From positions 116,246-180,245 of the forward strand of contig CALUVT010000004.1 in NCBI GenBank assembly GCA_944324345.1: 64,000 nt of DNA. Direction: 5' to 3'. Source of the DNA: Candidatus Gastranaerophilales bacterium (GTDB lineage Bacteria; Cyanobacteriota; Vampirovibrionia; Gastranaerophilales; Gastranaerophilaceae). Positions 17,427-27,838 of the stretch are shown piece by piece (position 1 is the first letter of the stretch; each line of letters begins with the position of its first letter). Below the pieces are notes generated by a model, which was not told where the DNA came from, searched no databases, and saw nothing but the letters and a program-made list of their open reading frames with translations. The position numbers and the translations under genes are program-made.

Positions 17427-18359
17427 ATGGGTGAATTTAATGTAAAATTTAGAGGAGTAAGAGGAAGTTATCCTGTTGCTAATAAAGATTTTTTACAATA
17501 CGGGGGAAATACCTCTTGTGTTGAAGTTAATGTTAACGGACATCTTATTATTCTTGATGCCGGAACCGGTTTAATTGAAGTCGGGAACAAACTTTTGAAA
17601 GAATACATCTCTTCAGGGTCAAACTCTGATGATAGAAAGCCAATTAGAGCAACCGTTTTAATTTCACATATACATCAAGATCATCTTCAAGGTTTTACAT
17701 TCTTCAGACCTTTGCATGTGCCTTCTTCTTGCATAAATGTTTTTGGAAATGTAAATTACAACGAAAGTCTGTCAGATGAATTGGCGGAACTTCTTTTTGG
17801 AAAATCTTTCCCTTTGGATTTGGGAGACATTGCAGGCAACCTTAATATCCGGGATATTACGGAAACTGAAGGCATAATACTTCGCCACGGCGAAGACCCA
17901 ATAATTAAACGAATTGAAAATGATAATGATACAAAAGTTGATAATGACGATGTATTAATCACTTGTTACAGATCTTATGCTCACCCTCAGGAAGGAGTTC
18001 TCGTATACAAAATATCATACAAAGATAAAACTCTTGTTTATGCAACAGACAAAGAAAGCTATGCCGGCGGGGATAAAAAACTTGTTAATTTTGCAAGAGG
18101 ATGCAATCTTTTAATCCATGACGCTCAGTACACAACAGAAGACTATATGGATTCTTTTGCTCCAAAACAAGGATACGGTCATTCGACTTTTGAAATGGCA
18201 ATAGAAGCTAAAAATCAATCAGGGGCAGAAAAACTTGTATTCTTCCATTATGATCCGGGTTATGACGATGAGAAGCTCAATGAAATAAAAGAACAACTTA
18301 ACAAAACTAAAGATAATACCATTTTGGCTTATGAAGGTTTGGAAATTGATTTAATGTAA
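17427..18359 (+). CDS. MBL-fold metallo-hydrolase
   Basis: FRGVRGS, YGGNTSC, ILDAGTG, SHIHQDH (HxHxDH). Confidence 0.75.
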   Translation: MGEFNVKFRGVRGSYPVANKDFLQYGGNTSCVEVNVNGHLIILDAGTGLIEVGNKLLKEYISSGSNSDDRKPIRATVLISHIHQDHLQGFTFFRPLHVPSSCINVFGNVNYNESLSDELAELLFGKSFPLDLGDIAGNLNIRDITETEGIILRHGEDPIIKRIENDNDTKVDNDDVLITCYRSYAHPQEGVLVYKISYKDKTLVYATDKESYAGGDKKLVNFARGCNLLIHDAQYTTEDYMDSFAPKQGYGHSTFEMAIEAKNQSGAEKLVFFHYDPGYDDEKLNEIKEQLNKTKDNTILAYEGLEIDLM

Positions 18360-18372
18360 TTAAATAATAAGT

Positions 18373-18933
18373 ATGAAAAAATTTTTGTTAATATTTCTGT
18401 TATTCACAAGTTTTGTAACATCAGGATATCGAAAACCGGATGTTTACGTGATTGATGCAACTAAAAACGCATATCTACACAATAACATGGGGCTTCGTTA
18501 TATGGATGAACGCTGTTATTATGCAGCTATACAGGAATTTAAAATTGCAATCAGCTTAAGTCCTTCTGCTCAAGCAACTGCTGTTTACTACAAAAACCTT
18601 GGAGATGCCTATATGAAAATAGGTTATCCAGATATGGCACGTCAACCTTATGAAGATGCAATAAAGCAATATAGCTTAAACTTTAGTTATTACAAAGACT
18701 TAGCAAAGTGTTACAAAATGCTTGGACTTGCTTCTGAAAAAATTACAGAATATAGAAATGATGAAAATCCTTTAAACAAAGTTATGTTAGGGGTTTTATA
18801 CGTAGAAAACGGTAACCCGAAAAGAGGAGTGACAGTTCTTGATGAATTTGCGGCATCCGAGCCTGATTTAATAATTACACCGGCCGTTAAGCAATATATA
18901 AAAGAAACAGTTAAAAATCTAAATAGTCTATAA
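18373..18933 (+). CDS. Secreted TPR-like protein
   Basis: Signal peptide plus TPR-like helices (YYKNLGDAYMKIGYPDMARQPYEDAIK). 3' end overlaps the convergent cca gene by 23 nt. Confidence 0.5.
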   Translation: MKKFLLIFLLFTSFVTSGYRKPDVYVIDATKNAYLHNNMGLRYMDERCYYAAIQEFKIAISLSPSAQATAVYYKNLGDAYMKIGYPDMARQPYEDAIKQYSLNFSYYKDLAKCYKMLGLASEKITEYRNDENPLNKVMLGVLYVENGNPKRGVTVLDEFAASEPDLIITPAVKQYIKETVKNLNSL

Positions 18934-19996
18934 TTTTTATTTCGTCTTCTTTAGTCATTCGCGGATTTTTCAATTTATGTTTCAAAATTTCATCGAAAAT
19001 AACCTGATATTTAGAAGAAGGCGGAATATTTAGTTTTTGAAGATCTTTTCCCGTAACCGATATTCTTATATTACGCAAATCATCAAGATAATGTCTTGCC
19101 CCTTTTTCGTCAACTAAAATTCCATAAAGTAAAACCGTTTCGATTCTGGAATTTTCAAACATCTTATATAATTCAAAGTCCGATTGTAAAATATTTTTTG
19201 GAACATCGTCAAGAATTTTCTGTTCAATTTTTGTCAAAGGAAGCCTTGATAAATCCCTCAATACTCCCGCATAAACAAGCCATATAAACTCAGGATTGTA
19301 GTCACAAACAAGTTTTTCAATATTTACAACAGGCAACTCCACAAAATCTTCTGTAACTAGTTTGTAAATATTTTCGTCAATAAATCTATTAAAAGCATCT
19401 TGAGAATTAAGACTAAAAGTTTCAACGAGTTCCTTTTTAACCCTTTTATAACTCATATCATAATTGATATTTGCAAGATATTTTTCCTGAAGACATCTTG
19501 TATGCTTGTCCAACTCAAACCCGAAACGCACAGCAAACTTTAACCCTCTTATAATCCGTGTCGGGTCATCAACAAAGCTTTCATCATATAAAACTCTTAA
19601 TTTCCCATTTTTTAAATCATCTAACCCACCGGTATAATCAACAATTTCGCCGGTTGTAACAGATTTTGCAAGTGCATTTACACTAAAATCACGACGCATA
19701 ACATCCTCTTTCAAGGAACAGCCGATTTTTTCAACAACAGGCAAATGCCCTTTTTTAGGATACTTTTCAGATCTTGTAGATGCAAAATCAACGTCTTTTC
19801 CATCAACATTAACTCTTATAGTGCCAAAATCAGGATTTATTTGTACAACCTCTCCAAATTTTGCACAATATTCAATGGCATTCCCGACGTACGTGATATC
19901 AATATCAAAAGATTCCTTACCTAAAAGCTCATCACGGACAACTCCGCCGATATAAAACAATTTATTAGAATTATCCTTTATATTGATGATGTTCAT
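18911..19996 (-). CDS. cca: tRNA nucleotidyltransferase (CCA-adding enzyme / poly(A) polymerase family)
   Basis: GGVVRDELLG, DIDI, RRDFSVNA, DDPTRIIRGLKFAVRFGF. Start at MNIINIK preferred. Confidence 0.8.
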   Translation of the reverse strand: MNIINIKDNSNKLFYIGGVVRDELLGKESFDIDITYVGNAIEYCAKFGEVVQINPDFGTIRVNVDGKDVDFASTRSEKYPKKGHLPVVEKIGCSLKEDVMRRDFSVNALAKSVTTGEIVDYTGGLDDLKNGKLRVLYDESFVDDPTRIIRGLKFAVRFGFELDKHTRCLQEKYLANINYDMSYKRVKKELVETFSLNSQDAFNRFIDENIYKLVTEDFVELPVVNIEKLVCDYNPEFIWLVYAGVLRDLSRLPLTKIEQKILDDVPKNILQSDFELYKMFENSRIETVLLYGILVDEKGARHYLDDLRNIRISVTGKDLQKLNIPPSSKYQVIFDEILKHKLKNPRMTKEDEIKIIDYLDF

Positions 19997-20048
19997 ACCA
20001 AGCATTTTAGCGTAAAATAAAGAAAAATGGAACAGGAGTAATAAAAAC

Positions 20049-23000
20049 ATGCTACAGGAAGCTTCACGAGCAATAAATTCAGCATTTAATAACAGTTTTA
20101 TAAAAAAATTAAGCCAATATCTTCACGACTGCGTAAGAGAAGAAGTCAAAAGTTCAACATTTAGAAACCTTAAAGGAGATAAAGACAACAAATGGATTTT
20201 CCTGAAAGGTGAAGAACAGCTTTTCTCAACCGGAGCAGAATATATATCGCTTGAAGGCAGTGATTCGAAACTCACTGAACTTATGATTCAAAGTGATTTA
20301 GGACAAAAAGACAAATACCTTATATATGGTTATCTTTTCTTGGTAGGAAAGAGTTCAAAAACAAAAAAACAAAACGAATTTTTAACCCCGCTTTTGTACA
20401 TGCCCTGCAAACTCGAGAGAAACGGAGTTAACATAAATTGTCTTCCTCTGGATGAGGTTTTGTCTCTAAACACAGGTGCGTTAGCGGCTTTAATGCGTAA
20501 AAATGATGATGAAGATGAAGTAGATCTTTTACTTGAAGGAATTTTGGATGTAGTTCCGGACCTTCCGATAACACAAGAAAAACTTGATATCTTCCTAACA
20601 ACCCTGAAATCTCTCGTTCCTGAAATAGAAATCGCAGAAAATATCGGAGATTACCAAGAAGACGATAACATTTCAAAAACCAAAGAATTTTACAAAGAAA
20701 AAATCGATGGCGACAATCTGGAAGAAATAATCGAAGAAGAAACAGAACAAGAAAAACAAAAAGTTAAATTGGAAAGAATTGCCGTAACTTATCAAAGTGC
20801 AATAATTCTGACAAAACGTCCATCAGTAACTGCAGGTGTTCTTCACGAGTTGACACAAATTGCGGAAAAACCTTCGGGTATATACAGAGAAACAGCTCTA
20901 AACATAATTAACGAAGAATACGCACAAAGTAAAGAAAAATCAGTTCCGCTCAAAGATATGAATAAAATTACTGATTTTTACCCCATAACACCACTTTCTT
21001 TGAGTGACAGCCAGCTTCAAGTAATCAAAAATATTGATAACAGTAAATTTGTTGCGGTACAAGGCCCTCCCGGAACCGGTAAATCTCAAACAATAGTTAA
21101 TTTGGTAGCACATTTGGTAGCAAATGGAAAAACCGTGCTTGTCGCATCACGTATGGACAAAGCTGTTGATGTTGTTGCGGAAAGATTAAATGATTTGGGT
21201 GCAAGCCATATGGCTTTGAGAGCAGGAAGATTAAATTATCAAAGACAACTGAGTGAAGAATTGAACAACCTTCTTTCACAAAATGCTGGTTTGGATAATG
21301 ATATTGAAGATATTTTGCTTGTCGATACAAAAGATATGAAAGATCATTTGGACATGCTTAAAAATATGGAGAGCAAGTCCGAAACTATTATTAATCTTGA
21401 AAAAGACTGGCACGACAAACTTTTAGAAGTTGAAGAACAAGAAAAGCTTCTCGGTAAAAAAGAGTTTATCAAAAAAAGTCTTAAAAAAGGTGAAATTGAC
21501 ATTGTTGCCGGAATTATAAAAGTTCTTGAACATAATATGGAAAAGGCGGGGTTTATTTCCAAAATCGCAAACTTCACAAGTCTTGGTCAATTAAAGAAGA
21601 TACTTAATTTGAAAGAATTTGACGTGAATTATGAAAGTCTTGGGAGATTGAAACAAGAACTCGAATTTGCAAATATGGAATGGTCTTTGAGAAAAATCGA
21701 AGCTGATATCCAAAAGACAGGCAATCTTCACATGCTGTCAGAACAAATTCGTACAATGAAAAGAAAACAAAAAACTCTTGCAATAAATATATTAAAAAAC
21801 AGACGAAGAGAAGCCCTAAAAAATCTTTTGAGAGATGAAAACAAACGCAGAAGACTAAAAGTTCACAGCAAATCACTTGTTGCGAACAGGAAACGCCTGC
21901 AAACAAATATATTAGAAGAAGAAGACTTTAAACCATTATTAGAAGCATTTCCCTGCTGGTGTGTAACTACATATGCAGTATCAGATTCTCTTCCTTTAAA
22001 ACCTGGAATGTTTGATGTAGCAATTATTGATGAAGCATCACAATGCGATATTGCAAGCTGTTTCCCTATACTTTTCCGTGCAAAACGTGCGGTAATAGTA
22101 GGTGATGACAAACAACTTCCGCATCTTTCATTTTTGGAAAAAGCAAAAGAACAATCCTTCTTAAGCCAATATGGAATTCCGGATAAATACCAGCTTATGT
22201 GGCGTTTCAGAACAAATTCAATGTTTGATTTAGCAGATTACTACTCAATGAATTCTGTAATGCTTGATGAACATTTTAGAAGCCTTCCACCAATTATTAA
22301 TTTTTCAAACCACGAATTTTACAATGACAGAATTCGTGTCATGAGAAAAGACAAACCTGAAGAAAAAGTTTTGGAATTGGTTGAGGTTTTGGATGGTAAA
22401 GTTGATGTTGATGCTACAAGAAATTTGCCCGAAATTGAAGCTCTTGTAAAACGATTACATGAAATAATTATAGAAGATGAACGCCAAAATCCTGATAATC
22501 CCGTGTCTGTTGGTATAATATCACCTTTTAGAGCACAGGTTGAACAATTAAAAATTTCTGTCTCAAAAGTTCTATCTGACTACATGATAAAAAAACACCA
22601 GATAGAAATTGGTACAGCCCATACATTCCAAGGTGATGAACGAGATATTATGATGATATCCTGGGCATTTGCCGATAACAGTTATATGCAAAGTTTAACA
22701 TTCTTGCAAAAGCCAAATCTCTTTAATGTTGCAATAACACGAGGTAGAAACAAAGTCATAAACTTTATTTCACGCAACCCGAGAGAACTGCCTGATGGAC
22801 ATTTTAGAAATTATATTTCCTATTTGCAAGAATATCAGAACCGCAAACAAGCAATGCTTTCTGGAGATATTGACGAAAATATCTACAAAAACTCGCTTGA
22901 ACGGGAAGTCGCAGAAAAGATAAGAGAACTTGATCATAAAGTCGTAGCTGGAGCAAACATTGCAGGTCTAAGTGCAGATTTGGTAGTAGACGACAAATTT

Positions 23001-23165
23001 GTGATAGAAATTGACGGCTTAGAGGATAAAATTAAATCACATATTTCAAATATGAAAAAGCAAGCAATAATTGAGCGTTCAGGTTTTAAAGTTAAACGTA
23101 TAACTTTCCGAGAATGGCAATATTCACCTAAAGCTTGCATTGACAGAGTTCTCATTGAAGAATAA
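20049..23165 (+). CDS. SF1 helicase (Upf1/DNA2-like, AAA_11/AAA_12) fused to a C-terminal DUF559/Vsr-like endonuclease domain
   Basis: Motif I GPPGTGKSQT, motif II IIDEASQ, VGDDKQLP, GTAHTFQGDERD, VAITRGR. About 190-aa coiled-coil insert. C-terminus ADLVVDDKFVIEIDG...RSGFKVKRITFREW. Confidence 0.85.
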   Translation: MLQEASRAINSAFNNSFIKKLSQYLHDCVREEVKSSTFRNLKGDKDNKWIFLKGEEQLFSTGAEYISLEGSDSKLTELMIQSDLGQKDKYLIYGYLFLVGKSSKTKKQNEFLTPLLYMPCKLERNGVNINCLPLDEVLSLNTGALAALMRKNDDEDEVDLLLEGILDVVPDLPITQEKLDIFLTTLKSLVPEIEIAENIGDYQEDDNISKTKEFYKEKIDGDNLEEIIEEETEQEKQKVKLERIAVTYQSAIILTKRPSVTAGVLHELTQIAEKPSGIYRETALNIINEEYAQSKEKSVPLKDMNKITDFYPITPLSLSDSQLQVIKNIDNSKFVAVQGPPGTGKSQTIVNLVAHLVANGKTVLVASRMDKAVDVVAERLNDLGASHMALRAGRLNYQRQLSEELNNLLSQNAGLDNDIEDILLVDTKDMKDHLDMLKNMESKSETIINLEKDWHDKLLEVEEQEKLLGKKEFIKKSLKKGEIDIVAGIIKVLEHNMEKAGFISKIANFTSLGQLKKILNLKEFDVNYESLGRLKQELEFANMEWSLRKIEADIQKTGNLHMLSEQIRTMKRKQKTLAINILKNRRREALKNLLRDENKRRRLKVHSKSLVANRKRLQTNILEEEDFKPLLEAFPCWCVTTYAVSDSLPLKPGMFDVAIIDEASQCDIASCFPILFRAKRAVIVGDDKQLPHLSFLEKAKEQSFLSQYGIPDKYQLMWRFRTNSMFDLADYYSMNSVMLDEHFRSLPPIINFSNHEFYNDRIRVMRKDKPEEKVLELVEVLDGKVDVDATRNLPEIEALVKRLHEIIIEDERQNPDNPVSVGIISPFRAQVEQLKISVSKVLSDYMIKKHQIEIGTAHTFQGDERDIMMISWAFADNSYMQSLTFLQKPNLFNVAITRGRNKVINFISRNPRELPDGHFRNYISYLQEYQNRKQAMLSGDIDENIYKNSLEREVAEKIRELDHKVVAGANIAGLSADLVVDDKFVIEIDGLEDKIKSHISNMKKQAIIERSGFKVKRITFREWQYSPKACIDRVLIEE

Positions 23166-23174
23166 CCTTATAAC

Positions 23175-23205
23175 AAAAAGCTCCTTTTCTAAAAGGAGCT
23201 TTTTA
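23175..23205 (+). terminator. Rho-independent terminator (bidirectional potential)
   Basis: AAAAGCTCCTTTT ct AAAAGGAGCTTTT followed by TTAT. Same stem sequence as the 6316-6344 hairpin. Confidence 0.7.
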
Positions 23206-23229
23206 TTGTACAAAATTAAAATTTATATA

Positions 23230-24483
23230 TTACAGAACTTCTTTTATAACAACAGAAGCATTCTGCCCGCCAAATCCAAACGAATTGGATAACGCAACAT
23301 GAACATCAGCTTTTCTTGCTTTATGTGGTACATAGTCCAAATTTCCAACTCTTTCATCCTGATTATCTAGATTTATTGTCGGTGGAACCAGATGTTCATT
23401 AATTGTCTTGACACAAGCAATACATTCTACAGCACCTGTTGCACCAAGTAAGTGACCATGCATAGACTTTGTCGAACTTACAAGAAGTTTTTTGTTTACG
23501 TCTTTGCTGCCAAACAAGCCTTCAATTGCCTTTGATTCAGCGATGTCACCCAAACCTGTACTTGTACCGTGTGCATTTATATAATCAACATCGGAAGGAT
23601 CTAATCCAGCATCTTCAAGAGCAAACTTCATAGAATGAGTAGCACCCTTACCTTCAGGATCAGGAGCAACTACATCATAAGCATCAGCAGTTTGACCGTA
23701 GCCAACAATTTCTGCATAAATTTTAGCACCACGTTTTTTTGCATGTTCGTATTCTTCAAGAACAAGAACACCTGCACCTTCACTCATAACAAAACCGTCA
23801 CGATCAACATCCCAAGGACGAGAAGCCTTTGTAGGTTCATCATTACGTTTTGAAAGAGTTCTTGCACTAGAGAATGCACCAATACCTACATCACAAATTG
23901 TAGCTTCACATCCACCGGCAACAACGATATCGGCATCTCCATATTGAATTGAACGGAAAGCATCTCCTACAGTATGCGTACCAGTCGCACAGGCTGACAC
24001 TACAACCTTGTTCAATCCTTTAAAACCATACTTCATAGAAATTCTACCTGATGCCATATTTACAATCATCATAGGAATCGTGAACGGAGAACACTTATTA
24101 GGACCTTTTTCTAAAATTCTCACATGGTTTTCTTCAAATGTTCTAAAACCACCTGCTGCAGAACTTACCATTACACCAATCTTGTAAGGATCAACATCAT
24201 TAACTTCCTCAAGTTTGGCATCCTTAATAGCCTCATCTGCTGCAATCATGGCAAACTGAATATATCTATCCATTTTTTTTGCTTCTTTTGGATCAAGATA
24301 TTCTTCAGCATTAAAATTCTTAACTTCTCCTGAGATTTTCACAACGTGTTTTGTTATATCAATCAGCTCAGAAGTGCTTATTCCACTTTTTCCTTCTACA
24401 AGACTATTCCAAAATTTATCAACACCGATACCAAAAGGAGTAACGGCACCAAGTCCTGTGATAACTACTCTTCTTTTTGTCAT
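23230..24483 (-). CDS. fabF: Beta-ketoacyl-ACP synthase II
   Basis: Active-site SACATG, HGTST, HLLGATG. Operon context. Confidence 0.95.
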   Translation of the reverse strand: MTKRRVVITGLGAVTPFGIGVDKFWNSLVEGKSGISTSELIDITKHVVKISGEVKNFNAEEYLDPKEAKKMDRYIQFAMIAADEAIKDAKLEEVNDVDPYKIGVMVSSAAGGFRTFEENHVRILEKGPNKCSPFTIPMMIVNMASGRISMKYGFKGLNKVVVSACATGTHTVGDAFRSIQYGDADIVVAGGCEATICDVGIGAFSSARTLSKRNDEPTKASRPWDVDRDGFVMSEGAGVLVLEEYEHAKKRGAKIYAEIVGYGQTADAYDVVAPDPEGKGATHSMKFALEDAGLDPSDVDYINAHGTSTGLGDIAESKAIEGLFGSKDVNKKLLVSSTKSMHGHLLGATGAVECIACVKTINEHLVPPTINLDNQDERVGNLDYVPHKARKADVHVALSNSFGFGGQNASVVIKEVL

Positions 24484-24518
24484 CTCTTTACCTTTTTAAA
24501 ACTATCTTTTAAATATAT

Positions 24519-24552
24519 GGGGGGAGAAAATTTTTATTCAACTTTCGCCCCC
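24519..24552 (-). terminator. Hairpin between acpP and fabF (partial terminator/attenuator)
   Basis: GGGGGAGAAA / TTTCGCCCCC stem with one mismatch. An acpP-fabF intergenic hairpin is a common arrangement. Confidence 0.4.
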
Positions 24553-24598
24553 GCATAAAATTATTTAGCAAGCGTCTGAGTTAACGCTTTGAATTTAC

Positions 24599-24832
24599 TT
24601 ATTTGCTGTGAGCATCGATGTAGTTTACAGCATCTTGAACTGTTTGAATTTTTTCAGCTTCTTCATCAGGGATTTCGCAACCGAATTCTTCTTCGAAAGC
24701 CATTACTAATTCAACTGTATCTAATGAATCTGCTCCCAAATCAGCTGTAAAGCTTGCTTCTGGAGTAACTAAAGCTTCATCAACGCTTAATTGATCTACT
24801 ACAACTTTTTTTACTTTTTCAAATGTACTCAT
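24599..24832 (-). CDS. acpP: Acyl carrier protein
   Basis: [19 protein letters not shown] phosphopantetheine site. Start at ATG 24832, which has a GAGGA SD. Confidence 0.95.
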   Translation of the reverse strand: MSTFEKVKKVVVDQLSVDEALVTPEASFTADLGADSLDTVELVMAFEEEFGCEIPDEEAEKIQTVQDAVNYIDAHSK

Positions 24833-24882
24833 TTCTAATTTCCTCATAATTTATTGTATTACTATACTATTTGTTCACTAAT

Positions 24883-24911
24883 ATTATACTTAGAGCAAAA
24901 CTTTTTTGCAA
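24883..24911 (-). promoter_or_regulatory. Candidate sigma70 promoter for acpP
   Basis: Minus strand TTGCAA-17 nt-TATAAT. Confidence 0.5.
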
Positions 24912-24989
24912 GAAATTTACAATACTGCACCGATATTGTTAAAAATCTTTACTTTTTACTCTAACAATTTCTCACAATTGTTTGCAGTA

Positions 24990-25724
24990 CTATATAATCA
25001 ATGCACCTGCAACTTCAATTGCCTGACCTGAAACATAGTCTGCATCAAGTGCAAGATATTTAACAGTTTTTGCAATATCTTCAGGTGTTCCGAGTCTTTT
25101 CATAGGAATAGCTTTCAAATACTCTTCAATATTAGGAAGATTTGCTGTCATTGCTGTTTGAATAAAGCCAGGGCAAACTGCGTTTACTCTTATGTTTCTT
25201 GAACCGAATTCTTTTGCAAGAGTTTTTGTCAACCCTACCAAACCAGCTTTAGATGCGGAGTAATTTGCTTGGCCAGGGTTACCGTGAAGACCTACAACAC
25301 TTGACATGTTAATAATTGAACCTTGACGAGCTTTCATCATATGTTTGATAACAGCATGAGTTACGCAATATGCACTTGTAAGATTAATTTTAATAACTCT
25401 TTCCCACTGTTCCATATCCATTCTGATAAACAAGCCGTCTTTTGTAATTCCGGCATTGTTCAATAGAACATCAATTTTACCGTGTTCTGCAATCATTTTG
25501 TCTACATTTTCTTGAACTGCAACAGGATCTGATACATCAAATCTGTAAAAATAAGCATTTGCTCCTAAAGCCTTAATTTCATCCAAAGCAGGTTGAGCTT
25601 TTTCAGCTTCGCAAATGTCGTTGATAATAATGTCACATCCTGCTTTTGCAAGTTCTTTGGCACAAGCAAGACCAATACCGCGAGATCCACCGGTAATCAA
25701 TGCAATTTTTCTTTCTGTCATCAA
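24990..25724 (-). CDS. fabG: 3-oxoacyl-ACP reductase
   Basis: TGGSRGIG, NNAG, YSASKAG. Operon context. Confidence 0.95.
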   Translation of the reverse strand: MMTERKIALITGGSRGIGLACAKELAKAGCDIIINDICEAEKAQPALDEIKALGANAYFYRFDVSDPVAVQENVDKMIAEHGKIDVLLNNAGITKDGLFIRMDMEQWERVIKINLTSAYCVTHAVIKHMMKARQGSIINMSSVVGLHGNPGQANYSASKAGLVGLTKTLAKEFGSRNIRVNAVCPGFIQTAMTANLPNIEEYLKAIPMKRLGTPEDIAKTVKYLALDADYVSGQAIEVAGALII

Positions 25725-25757
25725 TCTTTCTCCTTATTCTTATCGGACAAGTCCGAA

Positions 25758-26705
25758 CTATACACACATTAATTCTTCTTTTAATGAAGCAACAGTTGCA
25801 TCCAAAGATGCTTTATCGTAAATATTAAATACTTTAGCTTCCGGAACAATTTTTTTGTTCAATCCTGCAAGAACTTTTCCGGGTCCAATTTCTACAAAAA
25901 TTTCAACACCTTCTGCTGACATTTTTTGGATTGTTTGAGTCCAATGAACTGATGAATAAATTTGTTTTGGCATTTTTTCTCTAAAATCAGAACTTTCAAC
26001 AGTCGCACAAGCATCAACATTTGTAATAACCGGTACGCTTGCATTATTTAATTGCAAGTCCGATACAAAACTTTCAAATTCATGTCCGGCATTTTCCATA
26101 AATTTTGAATGAAAAGCTCCTGACACAGCCAACGGAACAACTCTTCTTACACCGTTTGCCAACATATAATCAGATGCAGCTTTTACGGCATTTTCATCAC
26201 CAGTAATTACAACTTGAGCGGGAGAATTGTAATTTGCAACATCAACATAACCCACTTTAGAGCCTTCATTCAACCCTGCTTTCAATTGTTCTTCACTTGC
26301 ATTTAAAACAGCAGCCATAGCCCCGCCATGAGTTGAACCCATCAAATCTGCTCTCTTTTGAATAGCTTTCAAAGTTGTCTCTAAAGACATAACCCCTGCT
26401 TCATACATGGCACAATATTCACCCAATGAATGGCCTGCAACATAATCAGGCTTAATATCCAACTGAGATTTCAAAGCTTCTAACGCAGCTATTGACATAG
26501 TTACAATACAAGGCTGAGTATTTACTGTCTGTTTCAAAGCATCTTCAGGCCCCTCAAAGCATAAAGTTGTTATACTTTTACCCAAAGTTTTATCGGCACA
26601 GTCAAAAACATTTTTTGAACTTTCAAAACTATCATACAAATCTTTTCCCATGCCAACAGCTTGAGACCCTTGCCCCGGAAAAAGAAACGCAATTTTCTTT
26701 GTCAT
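25758..26705 (-). CDS. fabD: Malonyl-CoA:ACP transacylase
   Basis: FLFPGQGSQ, GHSLGEY. Start at MTKKIAFLFPGQG (26705). Confidence 0.95.
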   Translation of the reverse strand: MTKKIAFLFPGQGSQAVGMGKDLYDSFESSKNVFDCADKTLGKSITTLCFEGPEDALKQTVNTQPCIVTMSIAALEALKSQLDIKPDYVAGHSLGEYCAMYEAGVMSLETTLKAIQKRADLMGSTHGGAMAAVLNASEEQLKAGLNEGSKVGYVDVANYNSPAQVVITGDENAVKAASDYMLANGVRRVVPLAVSGAFHSKFMENAGHEFESFVSDLQLNNASVPVITNVDACATVESSDFREKMPKQIYSSVHWTQTIQKMSAEGVEIFVEIGPGKVLAGLNKKIVPEAKVFNIYDKASLDATVASLKEELMCV

Positions 26706-26825
26706 AATCATATCCCTCTCTAAATTCCTGTCCTTATTATACAATAAACACGCGAAAAGTAAAATAATTACAAACCGGATAAGAAAATATTCCTATCCGG
26801 TAATCGAAAACTATAAAACTTTCAT

Positions 26826-27836
26826 CTAGCAAATACCTTCACGCAGTCTTACAATAGCACCGCCCCAGGTCATACCAGCACCAAAGCCGCAAAGGACAGC
26901 CGTAGTACCAAGTTTTACATTACCTTTCTCAACACTTTCTGCCAAGGCAATAGGAATTGAAGCTGCAGATGTGTTTCCGTAGTATTTGATATTTGTAACA
27001 ACTTTTTCATCAGGATAACCCAATCTTTCCTGAACAGCCTGAATTATTCTGATATTTGCCTGGTGAGGAATTAAGTAGTCAATATCCTCAGGTTTCAAAC
27101 CTGCTTCTGTAATCAAATTCTCTACATAATGCGGTAATATTTTGGCAACAAACGTGTAAACTCCGCGTCCATTCATCCTGATACCTTTAGGTTTTTCTTC
27201 ATACTGCTCAACCAACGGACAATTTTTACCGTCAAATGAAAGTTCAATTAAATTCCCATAATTTCCATCTGCTTTAATGTCAATTGCGATAATGTCATCA
27301 ACACCGTCTTCAGCCTGTGTAACAACCATCGCACCAGCACCGTCACCAAATAAAATTGAAGTTGAACGATCTTCCCAATTAACCAGACGAGAATTGTTGT
27401 CTGTAGCAACGAGCAAAATATTTTTATACATTCCTGATGCGATATAAGCTCTTGCAATACTCAAAGCGTATATCAAGCCTGAACATGCTGCAGTAATATC
27501 AAACGCAGGAATTTGTGCTTTTATACCTAATCTCTGATGAATATGGCATGCAATCGCAGGGTACAAATCAGGAGGAGCTGACGATGCTGCAATAATTAAG
27601 TCAATGTCGTCTGGAGCCATCTTTGCTTTTTCTAAAGCCTTCTGAGCAGCCTCTAAACCTAAATCAATAGCATTTTGTTCGCCGGAAACAACACGTCTTT
27701 CTTTTATACCTGTACGGGTGTAAATCCACTCATCAGATGTCTCATACAATTTTGTTAAATCGTCATTTGTTATTACTGTTTCGGGTAAACTGTATCCAAC
27801 CCCTGCAATTCTCAGCGGAATTAATTTATCTGTCAT
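26826..27836 (-). CDS. fabH: Beta-ketoacyl-ACP synthase III
   Basis: AACSG active-site Cys, HQAN, GNTSAAS. Confidence 0.95.
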   Translation of the reverse strand: MTDKLIPLRIAGVGYSLPETVITNDDLTKLYETSDEWIYTRTGIKERRVVSGEQNAIDLGLEAAQKALEKAKMAPDDIDLIIAASSAPPDLYPAIACHIHQRLGIKAQIPAFDITAACSGLIYALSIARAYIASGMYKNILLVATDNNSRLVNWEDRSTSILFGDGAGAMVVTQAEDGVDDIIAIDIKADGNYGNLIELSFDGKNCPLVEQYEEKPKGIRMNGRGVYTFVAKILPHYVENLITEAGLKPEDIDYLIPHQANIRIIQAVQERLGYPDEKVVTNIKYYGNTSAASIPIALAESVEKGNVKLGTTAVLCGFGAGMTWGGAIVRLREGIC

Positions 27837-27838
27837 TT

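Noticed and set aside
18911-18933. 23-nt overlap of the 3' ends of the convergent TPR-like and cca genes, with no terminator between them.
   Set aside because: The overlap is real in the sequence but is an ordinary consequence of a compact genome. No additional structure or function is evident.
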